Of a DNA stretch of 64,000 nt, positions 1-12,600 are shown piece after piece. The notes beneath the pieces are model-generated. The model was not told where the DNA came from, searched no databases, and saw only the letters and a list, made by a program, of their open reading frames with translations. The first letter of the stretch is position 1. Every line of letters starts with the position of its first letter. This DNA comes from Macrostomum lignano (Eukaryota). Made by a program: the position numbers and the translations under genes. The stretch spans positions 1-64,000 of the forward strand of contig NIVC01001550.1 of assembly GCA_002269645.1 (NCBI GenBank), given 5' to 3'.

Positions 1-207
1 AGACCCTGTATACCCGATGCCTATTGCTCAGAGACCCTGTACACCTGATGCCTAATGCTCAGAGACCCTGTACACCCGATGCCTAATTCTCAGAGACCCT
101 GTACACCCGATGCCTAATTCTCAGAGACCCTGTACACCCGATGCCTAATTCTCAGAGACCCTGTACACCCGATGCCTAATTCTCAGAGACCCTGTACACC
201 CGATGCT
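1..207. repeat. 31-bp minisatellite
   Basis: Unit CAGAGACCCTGTACACCCGATGCCTAATTCT, ~7 copies, truncated by the window edge. Confidence 0.95.
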
Positions 208-278
208 AGTGCTTGAACTATAGAGATATTCACTACTAAGAGGTCGAATGTGAATAACAAATTACAGAGGGAACTTAC

Positions 279-809
279 GTCGAATGGCGGTACATGGCTG
301 CCGAAATTATAGGCTCTGAAGGCTGCAGCGGTGTGAAGTCTGCACGAATCCGGGAGGTCCTGCTCAAACACGGGCAGCCCATGAGCTGGTGTTGCTGTTG
401 TTGCTGCTGCTGCAGAAAGGCGGCAGCCGCGGCGGCGGCCTGCGCCGGAGAACAAGATGCCGCAGTCGACGAAACCGGCGGCGGCGGCGGCGGGGGAGCA
501 GCAGTTGATGTGGTAAATGCGGTGGCGGCAGAGGCAGTGACGCCGGCGGGAACTGCGGACCGCCGGCACAGCCAGAGGCGGCAGCGGCAGCGGCAGCAGC
601 AGCTGCTGCAAACTGCATCGGCAGTGGACCGAATGACGGAAGCATCAGTTGCTGCACAGGCGGCTGCATAAGGAGGCCGGCCGCGTTCAGCTGGTCAGCG
701 AGAGGCACCGCCGACTGCTGCTGCTGCTCAATATTGGCCGAGCTCACTGGCGAGTTTGGCAGGCTGCCAGGCTGGGAGGCGTAGCCAGACTCGACAGTTG
801 TCTGTTGAG

Positions 810-843
<34 letters not shown>

Positions 844-1292
844 AAATATCGGCATTGGCAGGTAGAAGCTTGTTCCGGCCATCAGCGGCGGGTTCTTGTT
901 GGCGATGGCTGAGGATTAAACATTTGCCAATTTTGAATCGTCAATTAATGTCAGGCAAGGATTTTAGCAGAAATTTCACGGAAAGAAAAATATTCAAGAT
1001 TATTCATTGAACCGGTCTAGGACCTTGTAGCTCCTAGTTCACATCTTCCATGACTGAATTTGAAAATGAAAATTCCACACAGATACAAATCATTTTTGTT
1101 CACCTGACTCGAAGCGCCAGACGAGCACGGCGAGTCCGGATGCAGCATCGCATTGTTCGCTGCTGTTGGCGGCGGAGGCTGGAAGAACTGAGGCGGCGGC
1201 GGCGGCATGCGATGATGCGGCGGCGGCGGCAGATGATGAGGCATTGGCAGCTGGCCTGGGTGCTGGTGCATCACTGGCGCCTGTACGTACAT
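279..1292 (-). CDS. 5' exons of an unidentified Gln/Pro/Ala-rich protein gene (continues beyond the left edge)
   Basis: Exon A 1292-1104: ATG preceded by a ctgcag acceptor, MYVQAPVMHQHPG...SGASSQ, donor GTGAAC. Exon B ~894-279: NPPLMAGTSFYLPMPIFQQQQ..., donor GTAAGT at 278. In-frame joining needs the AAG acceptor at 897-895, and a natural reading needs a frameshift at the C-run 496-492. No recognisable domain within the window. Confidence 0.6.
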
Positions 1293-2190
1293 GTCTGCAG
1301 GCAGTCAGTCAACTTGGAATTCAGCTGCGCAACAACAAAGGAGGAACCTGGCTGTTACAAACTGCTGTTTCGCTGTGAGCTCAGAGGTTTAGTCTTGGCT
1401 ATTTGAAGGCTCGGCACGGGACTGGGGCGGAGGTGGGACCAATGAGAGAGCGCGCGAGGCTTGCAGTGGCTCGTTTTATTTTTATTTACAACCTCTGAGC
1501 CGCTGACGGTGGGGGCCACTCAAATATCAGGGGTAATATAGGATTGGAGAGAGAGAGCAGTCCGCCTCGGTAACAGATTTGGTCTTGTTGCTGAGCTGGG
1601 GTTGAGTTGAGAGAGCCGAGAGACAACACGAGAGAGTTAGCAAGGATAAAAGGCACAGCACTCACTGCTCAAGCTTTGACTATAGGCGAGATATAAAGCC
1701 AGAGTGAATCGAATGCGAATGAGTGTGGGCAGGCTTCCGCCTGTTCTATATATTCATATCGAAATGCGGGCTGGAGGAGGGGTTGGGGTGGCAGGCAGGT
1801 GATGCAACCGCTTCAGCCCAGAAGGCCCCGCCACGCACGACTCACTTCACCATATCTCTTAGATAGCCCCTCTCTCTACCTGCAGCAGCTGCTGGTTGTG
1901 ACTGTAACTTACTGACTGACTGATAATGGCCATAAGAATGGGACCCATTGTATATTGCACCTGCAAACTGCTGAACTTCAATGCATAATGCCGCCGCCCC
2001 TCACTGTTCTGTATGAGTAATAAACAGTGTGCAGATGGATAATAGCCTTCGTGCAGATTCGTCATTTCATCGTGCTCATCACGTGACTGACTCACACGCG
2101 GTGGCCAGTGCACATTTTGCTTTTGATTTTGTTATTTACAAATTTTAATGCACAAAATGAAATACTCAGATGAAAACTATTCAAAATATT

Positions 2191-3421
2191 TGACCACCTC
2201 AGTAGTTGACCCCCCTGACCACCTCAGTAGCTGCCCCCTGACACACCTCAGCAGCTGACCCCCTCTGACCACCTCAGTAGCTGACCCCCTGACCACCTGA
2301 GTACATGTAGCTCCCCTTTGACCACCTCAGTAGCTGACCCCTTTGACAACCTCAGTAGCTGACCCCCTTTGACCACCTCAATAGCTGACCCCTTAGACAA
2401 CCTCAGTAGCTGACCCCTTTGACCACCTCAGTAGTTGACCCCTCTGACCACCTCAGTAGCTGCCCCCCTCTGACCACCTCAGTAGTTGACCCCCCTGACC
2501 ACCTCAGTAGCTGCCCCCTCTGACCACCTCAGTAGTTGACCCCCCCTGACCACCTCAGTAACTGCCCCCCTCTGACCACCTCAGTAGCTGACCCCCTCTG
2601 ACCACCTCAGTAGTTGACCCTTTTGACCACCTCAGTAGCTGACCCCCTGACCACCTCAGTACATGTAGCTCCCCTTTGACCACCTCAGTAGCTGACCCCC
2701 TTTGACAACCTCAGTAGCTGACCCCTTTGACCACCTCAATAGCTGACCCCCTTAGACAACCTCAGTAGCTGACCCCCTTTGACCACCTCAGTAGCTGACC
2801 CCCTTTGACCACCTCAATAGCTGACCCCCTTAGACAACCTCAGTAGCTGACCCCCTTTGACCACCTCAATAGCTGAACCCCTTAGACAGCCTCAGTAGCT
2901 GACCCCCTTTGACCACCTCAATAGCTGAACCCCTTAGACAGCCTCAGTAGCTGACCCCCTTTGACAACCTCAGTAGCTGACCCCCTTTGACAACCTCAGT
3001 AGCTGACCCCCTATGACAACCTCAGTAGCTGACCCCCTTTGACCACCTCAGTAGCTGACCCCCTTTGACCACCTCAGTAGCTGACCCCCTTTGACTACCT
3101 CAGTAGCTGACCCCCTGACCACCTCAGTAGCTGCCCCTCTGATCACCTCAGTAGCTGACCCCCTCTGACCACCTCAGTAGCTGACCCCTTTGACCACCTC
3201 AGTAGCTGACCCCCTTTAACCCCCTCAGTACATGTAGCTCCCCTTTGACCACCTCAGTAGCTGACTCCTCTGACCACCTCAGTAGCTGACCCCTTTTGAC
3301 CACCTCAGTAGCTGACCCATTTTGACCACCTCAGTAGCTGACCCCCTTTGACCACCTCAGTAGCTGACCCCCTTTGACAACCTCAGTAGCTGACCCCCTT
3401 TGACAACCTCAGTAGCTGACC
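2191..3421. repeat. ~24-27-bp minisatellite
   Basis: Unit TGACCACCTCAGTAGCTGACCCC(C)TT with a variable C-run. Confidence 0.95.
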
Positions 3422-4130
3422 CGGAATAAAAAGAGTTCTGCAACTCTGCAACAAACAACTCGGTCTCTCCACAGTGTTCGCAGACAGGAAAAGATAAGGT
3501 CACACAGAACTGACGCAATTGTCCTGGAGCCAAATCTCTGTCTGGTGAGCCGATTCCTTATTCTCCAATTCTCACAATTCCAAGGAGCCATATAACCAGA
3601 GCCTGGAGAGCCCTTCCACTAAACCTTTATTTTTAAAAGCGCATTTTTAAAAATGATGAAGTCTATGTAACTTTTAGGTTTTGTGATGAATTTTGGCATA
3701 AAGTATATATACATTCGGAAAAAACTCAAACTCGAATCCACTAACAATAGAGTTGGCTCTTCAGTTTCCAGTTTTAAGGCGTCCCTCCCTCCACCGCCTG
3801 ACAAAGAATCAAAAAAGAGGATACGAGAAGCGGAATTCCGTTCGGGCTATTAGAATGGACCCTGAAAGCTGCAGAACATAAAGTATAACCAGCTTTATTT
3901 ACATTATACAATGGCTTTTGGTCTCTAATGCGTTTTTCGTGGGAATTTTTAAGATCCAGGTGCATGCTCGATGCAGCATAATATGCTCGGGACTCGTGGT
4001 AATCATATGGGTTATGTTTATGAATTTTATAATTTATATAGCATTAAAACAAACACAAGCCACCTTTCATATTCCCGTACATACAATGGCAATCATTTAT
4101 TGTAGAATGACTCAAATATCTCACATATCT

Positions 4131-4341
4131 TCTCCACAGAGAATCTCACCAGGAGATTTCAGTGGAGAGAAGATCGTCTCACAGAGAATCTCACATGGGA
4201 GATTTACAGTGGAGAGATCAAGATCGTCTCACAGAGAATCTCACATGGAGATTTGCAGTGAAGAGAAGATCGTCTCACAGAGAATCTCACATGGAGATTT
4301 GCAGTGAAGAGAAGATCGTCTCACAGAGAATCTCACCTGGA
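4131..4341. repeat. ~51-bp tandem repeat (~4 copies)
   Basis: Unit AGAAGATCGTCTCACAGAGAATCTCACATGGAGATTTGCAGTGAAG, with variants. Confidence 0.85.
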
Positions 4342-5955
4342 GAATGGACATTTACAGCGATGAAGAAAAGTTGTTTATTGCTGAATAAACTTAGTTTTGA
4401 TAAGATTAAAAGCTTTATAAATCTAAGTTGAATTTCCGGGAAATGATTTGACTTTTGATTTGTCTGTTTATTTCTTCAGTAACATTTTGTCTATTAATAA
4501 TAATTTATATAAAGCTGCGCATAAAAGCGAATGAAAGCCAAGTTGACAAACCGATTATAAATTATGATATCAAAACAGAGCCGATAAGACGATTCAATAA
4601 GAAGATAAGCTTTGTTTGTTTACAAGCAGTTCATCAATTTGACTGACCACTATTCAATCTCAGGCGTGCGTAAATTGCATCATATAAAATCAATTGGGTG
4701 GCCTCTCTAATCCGGCCTTCGGGTTCTTTGAAACTTCACAATAGCAAGCCGGCTCGCGGGGGGGGGGGCATCACGAACCCGAAAAATCACAACTCCGAAA
4801 CTGCTAGAAAGCTAGTAGTAACCGTGCCCAACGCTTAATGTTAGTTTTTGTAGTTTTGATATTTCAGGTTTGTGATTTTTCGGGTTTATGATTCTTGTTT
4901 TCCCTGGGGTCCCCGCGGAATGGCAGTAAATTCCCCGGGGTCCCCGATAAGAAAATTCCCCCGGGGATCGACATCCCTACTCCCCTCACCCCTTTTCTTC
5001 TCTCTTCTCTCCCCTCTCCTCTCTGTCCCATCTTCTCTCCCCTATTCTCTCTCTTCTCCCCTCTCCTTTATCTCTCTTCTCTCGGGATCTCTACCCTCCT
5101 TTCATATCGCATCGCATCCCATCTTCTCTAAATTATTTCCTCTCCTCTCCTCTTATCTTCTCTCATCTCATCTTTCCTCTTCTTCGACTCCCCTTTCCTC
5201 TCCAACCTGGGCCGCAGCCATAAGCTATCTTCTTTATCTGGCCTTTGAAGTAAATAAGCCTGCCGACCACTCATAGTCGTAGATAGATAAAAAGACAATG
5301 GCGCACCTGCCATTAATTATAATAAACAGATTTCGAGCTGCAACGTGCAGCGGCCCTGTCAGTGTCACAGTGTCAAGACCGCCCCCTCCCCAGCCGCAGG
5401 CGTTAGCAGTGCTTCAATATCTCACGCCCTCTTAGCTAGAAGTTCTGCTGTTACGCAATGCAATAGGAAATATTTACGATTTACACACGCACATAGAGAG
5501 TGCGTTGACTCAACACTGAAAGTAGCCGCCGCCACCACAAACCCCCTTCGGCCAAATTAAGAAGCCCAATCTGCACAGGAAAGCAAGGCGGAAACAGATA
5601 GTCACATTATTATATATAGTCTAATCTTTTAACGGCATACACGATAACGCAATGGGTTCATTAGAGAGCGCTAGGTAGCATACTAGATAAGTATTATATA
5701 AACTAATTCCATATCTACTGCCTATACAGACTGATCAAGTGTAAACAAAACAGTTTTGGCAATGCTAATAACTGTTACTATGGCTAGTTGCTGGCCCAGA
5801 GACCATTGAATACGCAGGCGTATGATGGGGCATCATTGCGCCCCATTGTGAGCTGATAGTTTTAAGAATTCAAAATATCCTGTTTATCAATTTTAACTGA
5901 TCGACACTGAATGTTTTGCTTACGTCATAGTGGCATTCTAGGGTTCAAGAAGCTT

Positions 5956-6494
5956 GGGTTTTATGGCACTGTTGAGTTCATGCAGCATGGGTTTTATGAC
6001 ACTGTTGAGTTCATGCAGCTTGGGTTTTATGACACTGTTGAGTTCATGCAGCATGGGTTTTATGACACTGTTGAGTTCATGCAGCATGGGTTTTATGACA
6101 CTGTTGAGTTCATGCAGCATGGGTTTTATGACACTGTTGAGTTCATGAAGCATGGGTTTTATGACACTGTTGAGTTCATGCAGCATGGGTTTTATGACAC
6201 TGTTGAGTTCATGCAGCATGGGTTTTATGACACTGTTGAGTTCATGAAGCATGGGTTTTATGACACTGTTGAGTTCATGCAGCTTGGGTTTTATGACACT
6301 GCTGAGTTCATGCAGCATGGGTTTTATGACACTGTTGAGTTCATGCAGCATGGGTTTTATGACACTGTTGAGTTCATGCAGCTTGGGTTTTATGACACTG
6401 CTGAGTTCATGCAGCATGGGTTTTATGACACTGTTGAGTTCATGCAGCATGGGTTTTATGACACTGTTGAGTTCATGCAGCTTGGGTTTTATGA
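5956..6494. repeat. 33-bp minisatellite
   Basis: Unit GGGTTTTATGACACTGTTGAGTTCATGCAGCAT, ~16 copies; source of the ORFs at 5911-6576. Confidence 0.95.
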
Positions 6495-6912
6495 AATACT
6501 AAGCTCACTAAGCTTGGTTGTGATGACACTTCTGGCTCAAAAACAGACAGAAAAGAAAAACATAAACATAAAGTAGAAACGCAAACAGCTTCACTAAAAT
6601 GTACCAATAGCCTTCCTCTTGTTCGAGAAAAATAAATTCATTGTACAGAAAAACTGGAATGCCGATGGCTGCTTCTATTAATAGAAACTCAGCTCGTATT
6701 ATTTCTAAAAACTGGAATTTGTCTCACATTGACAGACTATGAGGGAACTTTCATCTCAACTTTATTTCTTAATTAGCTACTCAGAACATAACATCTTTAA
6801 AACGAAAGAAAGAAGTTCGAATGAATAATAAAAACTGAAATTCGGCATTTTAGTTTTCAGGCTCACCGCTAATGGAGCCGGGAGAATATATAGATAGATA
6901 GATAGATAGATA

Positions 6913-8236
6913 CTGGGTGATTGGTAAAAATCTGGACATTTTTATTTGTTTTAGCAAGACAACAATAAACAAATTGAACACATGTCTTTTAACTTGGCTT
7001 AAGTTCAATATATAAGGGATTGTCTGGCTCATTGCCAAACGGCTCCGACACCATTAGCCCGAGCTCGGCGAATCCCGGACTTGACATTGGTCATCATCTC
7101 CTGTACACAGTGCAGATCCACCTGGCGGAGGCAGTAGCGAATGCGATTTTCCAGCTGTTCCAGACTGTCCGTCGTCCAATTGTGATGGTAAACCTTTTGC
7201 TTCAACATCCCCCAGAAGTTCTCAATTGGTCGCAGCTGTGGTACATTGGGAGGATTGAGCTCCTTGCTGACAAAATTGACACCTTCCTCTTCAAATGTGT
7301 CAATGACGTCACGAGCATAGTGACAGCTCGCCAGGTCAGGCCAGAACAGGTAGTTGCCGTCAGCATGCTGTTCCTTAATAAATGGCAATAGACGCTTGTG
7401 AATGCACTCTCTTATGTAGATCTCTTTGTTCATTGAGCTGCCGTGGCAGAAGAAGACCTTGGACATGCCCTTCTTGCTGATGGCCAGCCAGACCAAGACT
7501 TTGGCCTCAAATTTCTTGCTGGGTGAACACCTAACCTCATCAGGTGCATCACCTCGAGCTGTTGCATAATAGAACCTGTTACCAGGGATGACATTGTATG
7601 ACAGAGTAGTACGATTCATCGTCCATGACAATTTCCAGTCCGCCGTCATCTCCTGCCAGCACAGCACGGTAGAGCCTGTCAATCCTCACACGCTGGCGCT
7701 CTTTCTGCTCAAACGACACAAATGGCACTTTTTCTTTCTTGTATGCACTTAGTCCCTGCTTCTTGAGAATCTCGTTGACGTACGGCTGGCTGATGTCATA
7801 TTTGCGTGCAATTTCGCGCTGGGACAGACCCGTCCTGGCATCATTTGACATCTTCTCCATCAAAGTGGCAGTGACCTTGGTAGCTGGTCGTCCTGACCCC
7901 TCCTTCCGTAGCACAGAATCTTCTCCAGTTGCTGAGTAGCGATCCAGAATTCCATAAATGGTTGATCTTGGGACACCAAGCTCAGCAAAATATTTTGCGA
8001 TTGCATTGTTGCTCAGCCCAGGGTGCTCAATTTTATATTGTACAACCAGTTTACGCCGCTGCTCTTCATTTAGAGACTGCATCTCAGACGTGACGGGGCA
8101 AACAAGTGAAAAAAACAACTTAAGTTGTGAGGAAGACCCCCAGTATTGCTCAAAAGCATCAGCTCAATAAATTTGCCTCGTTAAATTTTGTCTATGGCAA
8201 AAACTAACCATGTCCAGATTTTTACCAATCACCCAG
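6913..8236 (-). mobile_element. Tc1/mariner-superfamily DD37E (ITmD37E/TRT-type) DNA transposon, 1324 bp
   Basis: Perfect 27-bp TIRs CTGGGTGATTGGTAAAAATCTGGACAT (6913-6939 / 8210-8236), flanked by TA on both sides (6911-12, 8237-38); internal transposase. Confidence 0.93.
7029..8082 (-). pseudogene. DD37E transposase (~351 aa) split by a single frameshift at ~7604-7608
   Basis: HTH-like N-terminus (GVPRSTIYGILDRY...EGSGRP; GLSQREIARKYDISQPYV). Catalytic motifs MDDESY, FWPDLASCHY and PQLRPIENFW, with 37 residues between the second D and the E. The overlapping ORFs 7579-8118 and 7029-7682 join at YY(T/S)LSYN. Confidence 0.88.
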
Positions 8237-8268
<32 letters not shown>

Positions 8269-8335
8269 CACAGACAGACAGACAGACAGATAGACAGGCA
8301 CAGACAGACAGACAGACAGACACAGACAGACAGAC

Positions 8336-8380
<45 letters not shown>

Positions 8381-8429
8381 CAGACAGACAGACAGACAGA
8401 CACAGACAGACAGACACAGACAGACAGAT
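8237..8429. repeat. (GATA)n/(GACA)n microsatellite (its left part, 6889-6912, is separated by the transposon)
   Basis: Direct reading of tetranucleotide repeats on both sides of the DD37E element. Confidence 0.95.
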
Positions 8430-8572
8430 GCACATATATAAATCATATATAATAGTAATAAAAGTAAATGATTAATAAGGAAGCGAGTGAAAATAATGTC
8501 CAAATGCAACCCCTTGCGTCAGGAACCCAGAGCCGCAGCTCAGCGATGGCAGCGAGTATTTATTGACAAGTT

Positions 8573-8617
8573 TCATTCTGGATGGCAATGGCAACGTGCA
8601 AAATAGACGTCTGGCAG
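8573..8617 (-). CDS. Possible alternative terminal exon of the UCK-like gene (LPDVYFARCHCHPE*)
   Basis: Donor CAG|GTGTCC at 9770/9769 just after RHLSESAAAQPQ; acceptor gcgtccag at 8618 in phase 0; AATAAA about 10 nt after the stop. Would give ~264 aa. Supported by signals only, no homology. Confidence 0.35.
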   Translation of the reverse strand: MPDVYFARCHCHPE

Positions 8618-8848
8618 CTGGACGCAGCCCAATAAACAGTTAATAAATAATATTTTCATTTCACATGACTCACAAATTGACGAAAAAATCGCAGCTTGAA
8701 AAATTGATGACTGCAATGATTAAAATAAAATCGTATGCGCAATACTGTCTACTGAAAGTAGAGTATTAAAAATGATAAAACCCGGAAAATCCAGAAAATT
8801 AACATGGCACATTGCACTGCTATCGCACTCATCACCCTAACCTCACCT

Positions 8849-9240
8849 AACAGTCAATACCCGACCTGACAGTCAATACCCTGCCTGACAGTCAATACCC
8901 TGCCTGACAGTCAATACCCGACCTGACAGTCAATACCCGACCTGACAGTCAATACCCGACCTGACAGTCAATACCCTGACCTGACAGTCAATACCCTGGC
9001 CTGACAGTCAATACCCTGGCCTGACAGTCAATACCCTGACCTGACAGTCAATACCCTGACCTGACAGTCAATACCCTGGCCTGACAGTCAATACCCTGGC
9101 CTGACAGTCAATACCCTGCCTGACAGTCAATACCCTGACCTGACAGTTAATAACCTGCCTGACAGTCAATACCCTGCCTGACAGTCAATACCCTGACCTG
9201 ACAGTCAATACCCTGACCTGACCTCATCTGACAGTCAACT
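8849..9240. repeat. 19-20-bp minisatellite
   Basis: Unit CCTGACAGTCAATACCC(T)GA. Confidence 0.95.
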
Positions 9241-9679
9241 CTGACCCACAGATACTAAAATAACTAGATGGGCCACTCAGGCACATATACTTAGTAAAAC
9301 AGCTTTCTAATTTCAGTTCAGTAGCAAAGAAGAATACATAAGCTATTTTATGGAAATAAAGGCAGCTTAATTGACTTTGATAAGTTTAGAAGCCCAAGCT
9401 TGCAGGCGCACACAACTTGCTAATTGGTTCAGCAATAATGTACATTAGCCAGTCCACTGAAATGTACATGGCAGCTTTAGGCTGGAATTCCGAGGAAGGC
9501 AATAAAAATTGGGGTGGGGCGAGGGAGTAGTGTGGAAAGGCGCGGTTGGAGGGTTTAAGCTGGGGGTAAGAGCTAATAAATGAGCCTTGGCTTTAAAATA
9601 CATTAAAATGCTTCTGTTTAACTAACTACTGAACTGAAAGTAGCTTACACGCAAATGTGCTGAGTGGCCCATCTGGTAG

Positions 9680-12600
9680 TTATTCTAGGATCTGTGCTCT
9701 GACCTCATCAGCCACAATAAAAATCAATGGATGGGTGTCCCAGACTGGCCAATCAGTGCGGTCGGACACCTGAGGCTGTGCAGCCGCGGACTCGGACAGG
9801 TGGCGGGCAGTTTTGCCGTTGGAGCGGCCCCGCCTTGCGACCTTACTTGGCGACGCCTGGGTGGCCTCGGCCGCGAAGTCGCGAATGCGGGGCACCATGA
9901 GCTCAACGGCCACCAGGTTCTCCGGGCCGCGCGGCAGCACCAAATCCGCGTACTTCTTTGTCGGCAGGCAGAAGCCTTCGAAGGCCGGCTTCACGAATTC
10001 GGTATGGTAGTTCAGGGTGGACACAAGGCTGCGGCCTCTGGCCAGGTCCGTGCGGACTCGCCTGGGGGATTGGCGAGTGGGGACAGCAAGCGCCAGTCAA
10101 CAATTCAGTTACCAATAGACAGCAAAAATCAGAAGAGATTAACAACCAGTAATCTACAGCAGCCAATGTCAATATCGAAAATCAACAACCAATTAACAAC
10201 AAACTCAAATCAACAGCAACCAACACAAATCAACAAAAAACAAAACAAATCAAGTTAATCAACAACCAACACAAATCAACAACAACCAACACAAATCAAC
10301 AACAAACACAAATCAACAACCAACACAAATCAGCAACCAACACAAATCAACAACAACCAACACAAATCAACAACCAACACAAATCAACAACCAACACAAA
10401 TCAACAATCAACACAAATCAAGTTAAACAACAACCAACACAAATCAACAACAACCAACACAAATCAACAACCAACACAAATCAACAATCAACACAAATCA
10501 ACAACCAACACAAATCAAGTTAATCAACAATCAACACAAATCAAGTTAAACAATAACCAACACAAATCAACAACAACCAACACAAATCAACAACAACCAA
10601 CACAAATCAACAACCAACACAAATCAACAACCACCAACACAAATCAACAACAACCAACACAAATCAACAATCAACAAAAAACAACCAACACAAATCAACA
10701 ACAACCAACACAAATCAACAACAAACACGATTAAACAACAACGAACAACACAGATCAACAACGACAAACAGAAATCAACAACCAACAACACAAATCAGCA
10801 GCAACCAACATAAATCAACAGCAACCAACACAGATCAGCAACAACCAAATCAAATTAACAACAAACAACACAAAACAATAACAACCAACACAAATCAACA
10901 AACAACACAATTCAACAGCAACAAACACAAATCAACAACCAACACAAAACAATAACAACCAACACAAATTAACAACTAACACAAATCAACAATCAACACA
11001 TCAACAACAACCAACAACACAAATCAACAACAACCAATAACACAAATCAGCAACAATCAACAACACAAATCAGCAACAACCAACACAAATCAACAACAAG
11101 CACCACACAAATCAACAACAACCAACAACACAAATCAACAACAAACAACACAAATCAACAATCAATGGACACTCAACACACTATCGAACAGCAACATGAC
11201 CAATAAATAAAACAGCCAAACCTGGCCAGCCGAGTGTCAGAGTCGCAGTCCACAAACAGCTTAACGTCGAACAGGTCCCGCAGCCGGGGCTGATAGAATA
11301 GCAGAATGCCTTTCACGAGCAGCACATCGACAAGAGCCAGCTCCCTGTGCCGCTGCTGGGCAGCCGCCAAGCTCAAGCTGGGATCGTACTCGGCCACTCG
11401 AACCGGCTTGCCCATGCGGGCGTCTTGCAAAGTCGACACCATCAGGTCGAAGTCGAAAGCGTCTGGACCGGCCATTTGGTAATTTTTTTGGGGATTAGAG
11501 TAAGTTGGGAGATTTTAGGGATTTGAGTAGATTCGGGAGATTTTGATATTCCAGTAGATTTGGGAGATTTGGGGATTCGAATAGATTTGGGAGATTTTGA
11601 GGAATCGAGTAGATTGGGAGATTTTGGGGATTCGAGTAGATTTGGGAGATTTTGGGGATTAGAATATATTTGGGAGATTTTGAGGAATCGAGTAGATTGG
11701 GAGATTTTGGGGATTCGATTGGTTTAGGACATATCGGGGATTTGATCAGGTTGGGAGAATCTGGAGACTTAAGTAGATACATTATGAGAGATTTGAATGC
11801 CTTGGGGATTTCAGAGACTCAATTCGCATGTCACAATGCTACAAAGGATACAAAGGTAATAAAAGTATGATACAAGCAGATGCACAAAAGGTGAAAGCCC
11901 ACCACAATTGCAGCCTACACAAATCGTTACTGAGTAGAATTACCTGGATGATCAAAATTAAACAAGCCAGCTTGAGCTGCCTTTCTTTCCTCATCTGTCA
12001 GCCTCCGATAGAATGAGCTCATGCTAAGCATGTCCACCCGACTGGACAGCTGACCGGGCCCAGACAGCTGCTGCATGATGCGTTCGCATACGGAGGTCTG
12101 TTGGATGAGTGCGGGAATGACAGAATCAGAACCGGTTGACTCTCAGGCGTAAGCAATAGGCATTCCGCTTGCACTGCCGATAAGGGCAGATTCTCTCAGC
12201 AACCAAGCGCAGATTCTCTCAGAAACCAAGGGCAGATTCTCTCAGAAACCAAGGGCAGATTCTCTCAGCAACCAAGGGCAGATTCTCTCAGCAACCAAGG
12301 GCAGATTCTCTCAGCAACCAAGGGCAGATTCTCTCAGCAACCAAGGGCAGATTCTCTCAGCAACCAAGGGCAGATTCTCTCAGCAACCAAGCGCAGATTC
12401 TCTCAGCAACCAAGGGCAGATTCTCTCAGCAACCAAGGGCAGATTCTCTCAGCAACCAAGCGCAGATTCTCTCAGAAACCAAGGGCAGATTCTCTCAGAA
12501 AACAAGGGCAGATTCTCTCAGCAACCAAGCGCAGATTCTCTCAGCAACCAAGGGCAGATTCTCTCAGCAACCAAGCGCAGATTCTCTCAGAAACCAAGGG

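Noticed and set aside
4771-4891. 22-bp imperfect inverted repeat (TCACGAACCCGAAAAATCACAA)
   Set aside because: Probably internal to a degraded MITE; no matching termini or TSD could be defined.
5911-6576. 221-aa ORF with an 11-aa repeat (FYDTVEFMQHG)
   Set aside because: Translation of a 33-bp minisatellite that is open in several frames and on both strands; no splice or homology support.
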